A DNA stretch of 64,000 nt from Rhodospirillales bacterium (GCA_965216765.1 OZ244199.1:2310357-2374356), one strand, 5' to 3'. Shown: positions 7,944 through 16,201, numbered from the stretch's first letter. The notes: a model not told the origin generated them from the letters alone. Program-made: numbers and translations.

Positions 7944-9566
7944 TCAATAAAATGCGACAAGGCCGACGCAGTCATGCAACCGGACCTCTTTGTTGTTGAC
8001 GGTGGTGATCTGGTAGACGAGCGATGCGCCACTCTGTGCCGAGACATCGGTTTCCAGGCGGAACAGTTCTTCACCATCGCTACCGATGTTGCCGACCTTG
8101 GTCCACGTGCCGATAGCCCAGGTAGAGCCGCCGTCAATGGAAGCTTTGCCGACGATGTCGGTGCCGTAGGTCACGCTGACCTGCGGATCGAGCACGAAGT
8201 AGCCGATGACGTCGGTCGGATCTGCAACTGCCAGCGATGCCGCAGAGGGCGACAACGTCATGTCTGTCGCCGGTCCATCGACAAGAAGCTCAAGCTCAAC
8301 CACCCCCCAACGCTGGTTTGTATTCGTTTTCGACATAGCCCAGCGCCAGTATCGGTAGCTCGTGGACGGTGAGATATCGAAGGTCTGATCGGATTGACTG
8401 TTCGTCGTCGTCAGGACAGTTGTCCAGGCACTGTCATCGTTGGAACCTTCAAGGGTCAACGTACCATTGGTTCCCGCGTCGTTAGCAGGTCGATGTCGCA
8501 TTTTCGTCGGCTGCACGTCGTTGCCGTCGCCAAGATCGACTTTGATCCAATGCGAGCCGCCATTGACCGTTGCGGTCTTTGTGTCGTCATCGCCGTCGGC
8601 AACAACTTCAATCCCTGCGCCGGGTGGCGTACTGTGCCCTGTCGATATGGATGAAGCAGTCCATGTTTGTTCGACGTCCGCCGTGTCGCACGCGTTGATC
8701 AAGCCCAAGTTATGATAGAAGTCGCCGTCGGCGTCGTACCGCGCATCCGTCGATACTGCTAGCGTGTCGACTTCGAAGTCATCCGACAGTTCGAACTTGC
8801 CGATGCCTCCCGTGATGGATACGGCGTCATTCTGTGCCAGCGAATACGCCAGCACCGACGCCGCCATATCCCGGGCGACATGATCGGCGCCGCCCGCGTT
8901 GCCCGCTGACCAAACGCCGCCGGTAAAGAAGAGCACCTGCCCCTCCACCGGCGTTAGACCGGCTATCGCCGTTAAGGCGGCATCGGCCGCCTGCGCACCG
9001 AGGGTCGTCCGCGCTGCATTGGCATCGGCATCATCGAGCAATGTTTCCGCGAAAGCCGTCATGGTGATGTACGGTTCCGCATTCGGTAGCGCCGTCGTAA
9101 GGTTGCCGTTGTCGTCAAAGACCAGCATGCGTCCGGCTCGGTCGGCGGTAGCCGGCAACGTCAATGTTGAGCCGGTATCCGATGAAGACAGCCGAACCGA
9201 GCGTTCGATGTCATCGGCGAGTTGCTGCAGCGCGGCGATCTGGAAATCCAACTCGTCGTTGATGACTTTGGCCCGAAATTCGCCCGACGCTTGAAAGTCC
9301 GACACGCGCCGAATGGTCAATTCGCGTACCAGTGCAACGGCCGCGCCGTCTTCGGGTGCGGCAACGAAGGTTACGGTGCCGCCGGCACTTTCACCGGCGC
9401 CGGATACCGAATATTGCGTCGTCAGCGTCTGTAGCGTGCCGTCGACATAAACGGCGATGTCTTCGTTTTGAAAGATCGGGAACGGATAGGTGAAGGCGAC
9501 CGTCGCGCCATCACCCGCATAATGAATGCGGGGCGCGATGTCGCCGATCTGGATGTGATCGGCCAT
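7944..9566 (-). CDS. Tail fibre with T7 gp17-type N-terminal anchor and an F5/8-type-C (discoidin) carbohydrate-binding domain
   Basis: RIHYAGDGATVAFTYPFPIFQNEDIAVYVDG; AFAETLLDDADANAARTTLG spacer; HWIKVDLG...TLEGSNDDSAWTTV...SYRYWRW. Confidence 0.85.
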   Translation of the reverse strand: MADHIQIGDIAPRIHYAGDGATVAFTYPFPIFQNEDIAVYVDGTLQTLTTQYSVSGAGESAGGTVTFVAAPEDGAAVALVRELTIRRVSDFQASGEFRAKVINDELDFQIAALQQLADDIERSVRLSSSDTGSTLTLPATADRAGRMLVFDDNGNLTTALPNAEPYITMTAFAETLLDDADANAARTTLGAQAADAALTAIAGLTPVEGQVLFFTGGVWSAGNAGGADHVARDMAASVLAYSLAQNDAVSITGGIGKFELSDDFEVDTLAVSTDARYDADGDFYHNLGLINACDTADVEQTWTASSISTGHSTPPGAGIEVVADGDDDTKTATVNGGSHWIKVDLGDGNDVQPTKMRHRPANDAGTNGTLTLEGSNDDSAWTTVLTTTNSQSDQTFDISPSTSYRYWRWAMSKTNTNQRWGVVELELLVDGPATDMTLSPSAASLAVADPTDVIGYFVLDPQVSVTYGTDIVGKASIDGGSTWAIGTWTKVGNIGSDGEELFRLETDVSAQSGASLVYQITTVNNKEVRLHDCVGLVAFY

Positions 9567-9593
9567 AGTGATCTCCTGTGATTGAAGGAACGT

Positions 9594-10040
9594 CTATTCA
9601 ACGTCGTTGTAAAAACGATGCCGACCGATAATGACAGCGGCGGCGCGGCCCTTGGCCCACGGCGGTGAGACATTGAGCGTGTGATAGTGGGTCGCGCCCT
9701 TGGTCGGATCCTTCAAGGTGCCGGCGAGTGCGCGACGTGCGACGCGCAGGCACGTCTTGAAGGTTGAGTTCGAGTTTTCGACGGCTTCGATCTTGGCACG
9801 GTTCGGATCGTTCTCGTTCCAGCATGAAAACTGCCACGGCTTGGTGCAGACGCTTTCGACATCGTCGCCCCACCAGTAGCCGCGCAGCCGACGGGCCCGC
9901 CGCACACGGTTGAGCACAATCGCTGCCACGGCTTCCTTCCCCCGCACGGGTTCGCCCCGCGCCTCGCCGTAAATCGTGCGGGCGAGCACGTCTATTTCCC
10001 GCGCACGCTTTTCATGCACGAAATCGTCTTGATTGGACAT
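9594..10040 (-). CDS. Cell wall hydrolase, SleB/Hydrolase_2 family (endolysin or virion lysin)
   Basis: LARTIYGEARGE...VLNR...KPWQFSCWN...DPTKGATHYH. Confidence 0.92.
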   Translation of the reverse strand: MSNQDDFVHEKRAREIDVLARTIYGEARGEPVRGKEAVAAIVLNRVRRARRLRGYWWGDDVESVCTKPWQFSCWNENDPNRAKIEAVENSNSTFKTCLRVARRALAGTLKDPTKGATHYHTLNVSPPWAKGRAAAVIIGRHRFYNDVE

Positions 10041-10076
10041 CGATCCTCTCCCTTTTTCAGGTTAGTTGGTTGAAAT

Positions 10077-10108
10077 AAAAAAGCCCGCCGGGCCGAAGCC
10101 GGGCGAGC
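10077..10108 (-). terminator. Intrinsic terminator with cUUCGg loop upstream of the hydrolase gene
   Basis: Minus strand GCTCGCCCGGC-TTCG-GCCCGGCGGGC then TTTTTT. Confidence 0.7.
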
Positions 10109-10178
10109 GGATTGATCACAAGGATTTCTGGCGAGATTAGGTTAAGTCATCATAGATCGATGAGTTAGTTTGCGGCCG

Positions 10179-10560
10179 TTAGGAGCCGCCGAAGTTTTTC
10201 TTGGGCAAGAATACGATGACACCGTCCGCCGTTCCGGGTGGATCGAAGGTCAACGAAATTTTGATACCCGTTGCAGACAAAGCCTCGTTCACGGCAGCAA
10301 TCGAGTTCGAAATCAGCCGTTTTTGATGCGGCGGCGGCGCGAGCGCATAGTAAACGGGCGAGATACTCCATCGGGACGCATTTTTGCCTGAGCCGTCATG
10401 TTCATGCGAGAGCAAAACCTTACGAACCAATGTCCATTCGCGATAAGCGCCATCTCTTCTTACGTTTCGATGGCGTGTGCATCCGACGTGTAGAGTAGCG
10501 CTAAAAGCACGCCAATCACCCATGATGTGAGATACGAAACGTTCAGACGTGCCCGTCGAT
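10179..10560 (-). pseudogene. Probable degraded secreted-protein gene (signal peptide and mature part in different frames)
   Basis: One frame gives RRARLNVSYLTSWVIGVLLALLYTSDAHA-IET*. The adjacent frame gives ...SRWSISPVYYALAPPPHQKRLISNSIAAVNEALSATGIKI, resembling DUF2927-type lipoproteins. GAGAGG RBS near 10565. Confidence 0.4.
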
Positions 10561-10588
10561 CAACCCTCTCGGATGACCGAGGCCAGAA

Positions 10589-11074
10589 TCACTTTGTTTT
10601 CTCTTTCACATAAACGAAGCGCATCAGCGCCAGAGTCAAATCGTCAATATTCTTCGCCAGAATAGGCATATCACCATTCCCAGATGCCGAAATTCGCAAA
10701 GGGTCGATACCTTTCTCGACAAGGTACACTCGTACTGCGGCAGCTCGATTGCCTCCCAACTCTAACCTTTCGATACTTGAGGGGGCTTCTCGCATATCCG
10801 CGAAGCCGACGAGTTCTATCCTAAGGCTCTGATTGGCGCGAAGATACGCGGCCTGCCGATCAAGAACCTTACGCGCTGAGGACGTTAGTTTCACTGACTT
10901 GTTGTCAAAAAAAACTTTCTCTTTCAACGCCTCGTGTTGATCAGGATGAGGGATGCACGGCAAATAAAAGTCGAGGCCGTTGGGCGCCACTTTTGGTGGA
11001 CAGATCGTCTCGCCCGCCAGCGCCGAAGAACAGCTAAACATCGCTAAGAATATTCCAGTCGTAATAGCTTTCAT
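10589..11074 (-). CDS. Secreted OmpA/Pal-like peptidoglycan-binding protein
   Basis: Signal peptide MKAITTGIFLAMFSCSSALA; VFFDNKSVKL...LDRQAAYL...IELVGFAD...LGGNRAAAVRVYLVEKGI. Confidence 0.8.
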   Translation of the reverse strand: MKAITTGIFLAMFSCSSALAGETICPPKVAPNGLDFYLPCIPHPDQHEALKEKVFFDNKSVKLTSSARKVLDRQAAYLRANQSLRIELVGFADMREAPSSIERLELGGNRAAAVRVYLVEKGIDPLRISASGNGDMPILAKNIDDLTLALMRFVYVKEKTK

Positions 11075-11132
11075 TATCTCAACCTCACTCCGCCGGCATC
11101 CTTCTGGTTCATTTCCGAATGAACCATGACGG

Positions 11133-11615
11133 TTATATTCTTATTGGAGGGCGAATCGGCTTCCCTGTTTTTGGATTTTTTCCATCAAGAATAATGTTTC
11201 CATCCTCATCCACGCCAGGGCGGGAGTAGATGCCTCCTTCATCTTTCGGCTTTGGAAGGAACGGTTTATTTAAGATCGGCATGTTCTTGTCGATATTTGG
11301 CGGTTCAAAAACAGGCATATTGCTGCCCGACGGTTGCGGCTTCTCGTCATTGTGACCAGTACTCGCTTCCAGCCCTCGCTTTATAGTCCTTTCTGTTTCT
11401 CCGCCCGGCTTCATAACACCGTCAACCTGAAGCATGTTGGCTCGTTGATACGACCAAATCCCATCAAACATTTGTTCATCAGGATACTGCGTCATGCCAT
11501 AGCGCGGCGTTTTATAATAGCCGCGTTTTTTCAGCGCGCCCTTGGTTTGCAACGCGTCCCGCTCGTCTATATGGGACGCGCTATCCACGCGCCCGAAAAG
11601 CTTGAATGGTGTCAT
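11133..11615 (-). CDS. N-terminal PG-binding-like domain plus AT-rich Pro-rich variable C-terminus; candidate effector
   Basis: AGGAG RBS before ATG 11615; TKGALKKRGYY..YPDEQMFDGIWSYQRANMLQVDGVMKPGGET; about 62% GC at 11521-11580 versus about 42% at 11161-11220. Confidence 0.6.
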   Translation of the reverse strand: MTPFKLFGRVDSASHIDERDALQTKGALKKRGYYKTPRYGMTQYPDEQMFDGIWSYQRANMLQVDGVMKPGGETERTIKRGLEASTGHNDEKPQPSGSNMPVFEPPNIDKNMPILNKPFLPKPKDEGGIYSRPGVDEDGNIILDGKNPKTGKPIRPPIRI

Positions 11616-11642
11616 CTTCATCTCCTGTACTCATCCAATGAA

Positions 11643-11672
11643 AGGACCGCGCCGGTTTTTCGACGCGGTCCT
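11643..11672 (-). terminator. Hairpin downstream of the capsid/decoration genes (possible terminator)
   Basis: Perfect 9-bp AGGACCGCG/CGCGGTCCT stem; weak U-tract on the minus strand. Confidence 0.45.
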
Positions 11673-11698
11673 CCCCATGGGTGCGAAGCCGAGACCGT

Positions 11699-11968
11699 TT
11701 AGTCGGTGTCGGAGCCGCCCACCTGCGTCAGGTCGTTCACGTCGACGACGCCGGAAGCATTGGCGCTGACGTAAAAGATCCCGCCCGCAGGCGTTCCGTC
11801 GGTGTCGACATTGGCGAAGATCATGTCGCCGACGCGCAGCATGTCGCTGGCGTCGTTGAAGTAATCCTCGGTATCAACGGTCGCAGCCGTATCAACGGTG
11901 GTGTAGTGCCAGAGCGTGAAGCCGTTCGCATAGGCCAGCACGCTCAGGTCTTTCGAGACGTAAGACAT
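11699..11968 (-). CDS. Probable capsid decoration/cement protein
   Basis: 89 aa beta-rich protein (LSVLAYANGFTLWHYTT...LRVGDMIFANVD) directly after the capsid gene; strong AAGGAG RBS. Confidence 0.6.
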   Translation of the reverse strand: MSYVSKDLSVLAYANGFTLWHYTTVDTAATVDTEDYFNDASDMLRVGDMIFANVDTDGTPAGGIFYVSANASGVVDVNDLTQVGGSDTD

Positions 11969-11992
11969 CGTTCTCTCCTTATCTGAACCGGA

Positions 11993-12811
11993 TCACGATT
12001 CCAGGCAGCGCATGGAGACGACACCCGCCGTATCCACCAGCGCCGAGCCCTGGCTCATCATGTTGTTGATGAAGTGCGCGGCGCGGTCGCCGTGCCAGGT
12101 GATGTCGGTCTTGACATCGGAACCGACGGCATGGCCGACGGCGATCTTGTGGTACCAGTAGCAGTAACGGACGCTCGACGTCAGTGTGAGGCCGGAGTGC
12201 GGCATCCACAGCGTGCCGAGCCAACGCTTGGCCTGGGTGCCCTTCCACGGCAGGTCCTCGTCGCCGACGTAGTCCGCGTGTGCGAACTCGTCGATGTCGA
12301 GAAGATCCGACCACTGCTTCCAGCCGACCACGGCGTAACGTTCACCGTCGTCCGGCACGTCGGCGCCGCCCAGCATCTCGAACGCCGTCAGCACCTTGGC
12401 CTTGGTCAGGCCGTCGGAACCGGTGCCGGCATAGTTGGTCGAGGTGTCGAGCTGCTCGATGACGAGCTCGTCGGTCTTGCGGCCGAGTGCATAGGCGCCG
12501 GCACGCGTGATGACGCCGCGCTCGTCGTGCGCGGTCTTCAGTTCGTCCAAGCTATCGACCCAGTCACCGGCGTAGTAGTCATAGAGGGTGACCTCCACCG
12601 GCTCGTGATCGACGTTCATCACCGGCACCTTGCCGTGCCGCGCCTTGGTCGTCGCCGTGCCCTTGCCGATCTTCTGGAAGGTGGTCGACGACCCCTGGAT
12701 ACCGTTCTTGGTGCGCACGGTATTGCGCAGTTTGGAGCCCATCCGCTGATAGGCCATGTGCACATCCGTCTGGAAATGTTTGACGAATGAGTCTTCAACG
12801 CTCGTGGACAT
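11993..12811 (-). CDS. Major capsid protein (compact HK97 fold, podovirus type)
   Basis: FVKHFQTDVHMAYQRMGSKLRNTV...DYYAGDWVDSLDELK...AGAYALGRKTDELVI; follows the scaffold; TAAGGAG RBS; strongly G/C-ending codons. Confidence 0.9.
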   Translation of the reverse strand: MSTSVEDSFVKHFQTDVHMAYQRMGSKLRNTVRTKNGIQGSSTTFQKIGKGTATTKARHGKVPVMNVDHEPVEVTLYDYYAGDWVDSLDELKTAHDERGVITRAGAYALGRKTDELVIEQLDTSTNYAGTGSDGLTKAKVLTAFEMLGGADVPDDGERYAVVGWKQWSDLLDIDEFAHADYVGDEDLPWKGTQAKRWLGTLWMPHSGLTLTSSVRYCYWYHKIAVGHAVGSDVKTDITWHGDRAAHFINNMMSQGSALVDTAGVVSMRCLES

Positions 12812-13044
12812 CGTCCGCTCCTTATCTGTTTGCGTTGTCGGGTGGAGTGAAAACCGGCCGCGCGGAGGTTCCGGGCCGGGCCGCCATGGCCCGCCCGCTC
12901 CCGCCGCCGGGACGCGCCCTCAGGCCCGCCGGTGCACGGTCATCGGACAGCACCTATGCGGGTTCTCTTCGGGCGAAAATTTCAGATGTAGGCCGCTTGG
13001 GGATGGCCAGGGAACTTTCTGTGGCCAAGCGGCCGTCTACAGGC

Positions 13045-13093
13045 ACGGAATCTCTCTGCACCTCTAGATTGCAGCCTCCGCGGGGATGACAAG
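13045..13093. repeat. Degenerate second copy (right half) of the REP/RPE-like palindrome
   Basis: TAGATTGCAGCCTCCGCGGGGATGACAA resembles TGGATCCCCGCCTTCACGAGGATGACAA ending at 4439. Confidence 0.55.
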
Positions 13094-13114
13094 AATTTTG
13101 AGGGCAGGGCAGTG

Positions 13115-13160
13115 GAAAAAAGCGGGGGCGCCGTGAAAGCCACAAACACGGCGCCCCCGC
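13115..13160 (-). terminator. Strong intrinsic terminator between scaffold and capsid genes
   Basis: Perfect 14-bp stem GCGGGGGCGCCGTG / CACGGCGCCCCCGC, 11-nt loop, TTTTTT on the minus strand. Confidence 0.8.
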
Positions 13161-13244
13161 CGGGACGGGGGAGCTGCGAAAACCCTATACGCGCTCAACC
13201 CCGCCCGAGGGGCGTTGCCGCCCCGTCTCTCGGCCGAGTGCGCC

Positions 13245-13982
13245 TTAGCCGGGATAGAGTCGCTCGAACCCCTGGCGGACCTTGGCGACAAGGGCCGGGT
13301 CCTGTTCGCGCCAGTACTTCGGGTCCTGCATCAGGGTGCGAAGCGCCTTTTCGTCCATGCCGCTTTCCCGCTGGCCGGTGCGGGCGACGCCCGGCTCGTC
13401 CGCGGCCATCATGCGATGTAGCGCCATGACTCCTTCATAGGTGCCGCTGAGCGCATCCATCACTTCGTCGGGCAGATGCGCCTTGCCCCAATCACCAAGC
13501 TGTTTGGCGACGCGTTGCCAGCGTTCGGCGCCGCCGAAGGTTTCTTCTAGACGGCCCTGTACAAGCGCCGCTTCGCGTTTGCGCTCGGCAGCTTCCAGTT
13601 CCGGCACTACGTATTTGCGCGCCAGGTCATAGACGAGCTGCGCCTGATCGTTGGTGAAGCGTGCATCGTGCAAGATAGCATTGACCTCAGGGTCCGCATG
13701 GCGGTCGCCGCAGTCAATGCAGTATTCCTCTGGGCTCGGCGGATAGCCGACGTCACCCTGATGGTAACGGTTCTCCAACGTCTGATAGGACCGCCAGAGA
13801 GAGCCGGCACGGACCTCACCTTTTTCGTCGTCCCAGAATTTATCCGGCAGGCCGGCAGGCCGCGGCTTCTTCGGCGGCAAGTCATCCGCGACAACCTCCG
13901 GCGCGGCAGACGCGCCGCTGTCAGCCATAGAAAAGTCTTCGTCTTTGTCGTCGGTGTAGTCGTTTTCAAGATAGTCGGACAT
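13245..13982 (-). CDS. Capsid scaffolding/assembly protein
   Basis: Acidic N-terminus, RPAGLPDKFWD...SYQTLE, C-terminal LMQDPKYWREQDPALVAKV; lies between portal and capsid. Confidence 0.8.
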   Translation of the reverse strand: MSDYLENDYTDDKDEDFSMADSGASAAPEVVADDLPPKKPRPAGLPDKFWDDEKGEVRAGSLWRSYQTLENRYHQGDVGYPPSPEEYCIDCGDRHADPEVNAILHDARFTNDQAQLVYDLARKYVVPELEAAERKREAALVQGRLEETFGGAERWQRVAKQLGDWGKAHLPDEVMDALSGTYEGVMALHRMMAADEPGVARTGQRESGMDEKALRTLMQDPKYWREQDPALVAKVRQGFERLYPG

Positions 13983-13993
13983 GGTGGTCTCCT

Positions 13994-14266
13994 TTATGCG
14001 TTGTCGTCGGCCAGGACTGCGAAAGGCGGCACCGGGCCGCTGCGTCCTCGCTCGATAAGTGCCAAAAGGTGCTGCACCAGATAGCGCTGCCCCTCGAGAT
14101 GGCGAAGCTGCGCGTCCGGTACGGCGGGGCCGAGCGCGCGCCCGGTGGTGATCGTGCGCAAGTAGTCGAGCAACCGCTCACCGTCTGCGCCCGAGAAACA
14201 TCTGGCCGCGCTGACTGCCAAAGCCTCGGGATCGTTATCGGCGACCGGGGTGTCAGTTCTGGACAT
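13994..14266 (-). CDS. Bbp19-like small phage protein
   Basis: FSGADGERLLDYLR...LRHLEGQRYLV motif; directly after the portal. Confidence 0.7.
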   Translation of the reverse strand: MSRTDTPVADNDPEALAVSAARCFSGADGERLLDYLRTITTGRALGPAVPDAQLRHLEGQRYLVQHLLALIERGRSGPVPPFAVLADDNA

Positions 14267-15914
14267 CGGGGCCTCCTTGCGGCGGTGCGGTCTGGCCGCC
14301 CACCATGTCGCCGATGGCGCCCATCACGTCTTCCATCGTCACTTCAGGTCCGGCTCCTCCGTCGCCGCCGCCGAGCAGACCCGCCAGCGGACCGCCTACG
14401 TCAGGCGCCTCTGCCATCTCGGCAATCTCTTCGGGGGATTTCATGATGCCCTCGGGCACACCGTAGGCGCGTGCCAGATGGCGCGCGGTCTTGACAGGAT
14501 CAATGAGTCCGAAAGCCTGGGGCCCAAGCGCATTCAAACCCGCAATCCATTCCTGGATCATCTTTGCCTCGCGCTCGACACGGAGACGCGCCAACGGCGA
14601 GGTGTAGACAAGTTCGACCGTGCGATTGTCGATCTCAAACGCCGGAATCTCGCCCCGGCGTTGCAGGATTGAGATCGCCCGGAACGCAAGTGGTGTCAGC
14701 AGTTCTGATTGCAGCCGCCCGTAGATCGCCCCCATCAAGCGCGCCATCTCGACGGAACGCTGCACGACTTCGGTCGCCGTCATGTCCGCTTTGTTCGGCT
14801 GCCCCATCAGGTCGATCAACAGCGCATGACGAATGCGGTCCTGCATGCGTTCAAGCACCAAGTTCGACACGTCCATGTCATTTGCCGGCTTCAGCGGCGT
14901 GAGACCGGCGGAGCCAACCGCCTTTGGAATGATCGTACCGGGCTCCAACTTAATGGTTGCCGGATTAAGCACACCGTCGTCGTCTGCCTGCCAGATCCCG
15001 GTGACGGCTATAGAGGCATTTTTAAGAACAAGCTCTACCACCTTGTTGGCTGTCTTAATGTCGGGCAGCGCCTTCATCACAGGCGAACGCCCGTAGATTT
15101 CTCCCGGTGCCTTGACCCAGCGGAAGGTAATGAACGGCGACGAGCGGAATGTGCCAGTCTCGATGATCTCGCCGCCGCCCTGCTCGCCGTCGCCTTCGCG
15201 CACAGCGAAGAAGTCGAAGCCGCGTTTGCCGGGCATAACCGCTTCGATGACTGCGATACGAATTTCTGTCGTCACGGTGCTGTCGTCGTTTACCTTGAGA
15301 CCTTCGGGAAGGGATGCTTCCGGATAGCGTTCCAGATACTGTGTGGGCGTCAGCGACAGACGCCGATACGTCGTCTCCAGACGGCCCGAAAGCGATTCCT
15401 CGACCACAAGTTCGCTGAGCGGTACGGCGGTAAAGCGAAACCCCGCGCGCTCACCGATGGGTGCTTCCTCGAACATCAACGAGGCTGTGCCCGCGGTCAC
15501 GAGGTCCAGATAGCACTGGTGCATTTCAACGGCGAAGTTTGCGCGATCGAAGTGTCCCTGCAGGACGTTCGCCGTTTCTTCCAGAACCTCAGCCATATGT
15601 CCGCGTTGTTCTTCGGGCACTTCCGGACCCGGTTTGAAGTCGAACCAGCGCGACCACGGCGGCGTCAATTCCGAAAGCAGACTTGCCGACAATTGGTCGA
15701 CAGCATCGACGGCCGTTGCGTCGTAAAGGCGCACGCCTTTTTTTTCACCGGGTGACGGATCGCCGAGAACGCCTTCGCGCTGTGGCAGTGCGTACTCGTA
15801 GCACTCGCGCCAGTGGTTCTCCCACTTGCCCCGCCGGTCCTTGGCGCGGCGGTAACGACGCAACAGGGCATCAGCGTCGAGACCCGTTGCGGCGTCTTGT
15901 TGATGGTCGGACAT
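14253..15914 (-). CDS. Portal / head-to-tail connector (T7 gp8 type)
   Basis: WENHWRECYEYALP...LYDATAVDAVDQLSASL...GEIYGRSPVMKALPDIKTAN...MTATEVVQR...GRLQSELLTP; GGGAG RBS before ATG 15914. Confidence 0.93.
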   Translation of the reverse strand: MSDHQQDAATGLDADALLRRYRRAKDRRGKWENHWRECYEYALPQREGVLGDPSPGEKKGVRLYDATAVDAVDQLSASLLSELTPPWSRWFDFKPGPEVPEEQRGHMAEVLEETANVLQGHFDRANFAVEMHQCYLDLVTAGTASLMFEEAPIGERAGFRFTAVPLSELVVEESLSGRLETTYRRLSLTPTQYLERYPEASLPEGLKVNDDSTVTTEIRIAVIEAVMPGKRGFDFFAVREGDGEQGGGEIIETGTFRSSPFITFRWVKAPGEIYGRSPVMKALPDIKTANKVVELVLKNASIAVTGIWQADDDGVLNPATIKLEPGTIIPKAVGSAGLTPLKPANDMDVSNLVLERMQDRIRHALLIDLMGQPNKADMTATEVVQRSVEMARLMGAIYGRLQSELLTPLAFRAISILQRRGEIPAFEIDNRTVELVYTSPLARLRVEREAKMIQEWIAGLNALGPQAFGLIDPVKTARHLARAYGVPEGIMKSPEEIAEMAEAPDVGGPLAGLLGGGDGGAGPEVTMEDVMGAIGDMVGGQTAPPQGGPDVQN

Positions 15915-15915
15915 A

Positions 15916-16137
15916 TTAGTCTCCCAACTTCTCTTTAAGGTCATCGCCGTCAGCGCTTCCGCTGCCGCCGCCAAGCGGATCGATGACGCCTCGCTCGGAC
16001 GTCGCGATGGTCCCGGCGCGGCCGCGGCGACGGCGCTCGATTGCTTCCAATCTGCGTTTGCGATCCTCGGCGCCGGTATCGACCGGTGGCGGGGTTGGAG
16101 GTGCAGGCGGGGGTGACGATGAGAATAAACCTCCCAT
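15916..16137 (-). CDS. Small pre-portal virion protein
   Basis: MGGLFSSSPPPAPP...RRRRGRAGTIATSERG pattern typical of podoviral pre-portal genes; AAGGAG RBS. Confidence 0.7.
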   Translation of the reverse strand: MGGLFSSSPPPAPPTPPPVDTGAEDRKRRLEAIERRRRGRAGTIATSERGVIDPLGGGSGSADGDDLKEKLGD

Positions 16138-16201
16138 GATGGAATCTCCTTGCGGTTTAAGTGAACGGGAACCGGTCCGCGACACGCGAAGCCGGAAATA
16201 G

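Larger units (their letters stand above)
1..16137 (-). mobile_element. T7/podovirus-like head-tail-lysis-packaging gene cluster (GTA-like or domesticated prophage); continues past the left edge
   Basis: Co-oriented portal, scaffold, capsid, tail tube A/B, T7-type fibre, holin, hydrolase and terminase. No integrase, repressor or replication gene in the window; ubiA is directly adjacent. Confidence 0.9.

Noticed and set aside
10135-10150. CtrA sites (TTAACC half-sites near 10140-10145 and 29506-29511)
   Set aside because: Only half-sites; the TTAA-N7-TTAAC spacing is not met.
11993-12811. Stand-alone encapsulin-like nanocompartment interpretation of the short capsid gene
   Set aside because: Portal, scaffold, tail and terminase genes are intact, which points to a tailed, DNA-packaging particle. 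Capsid-only expression remains possible but unsupported.
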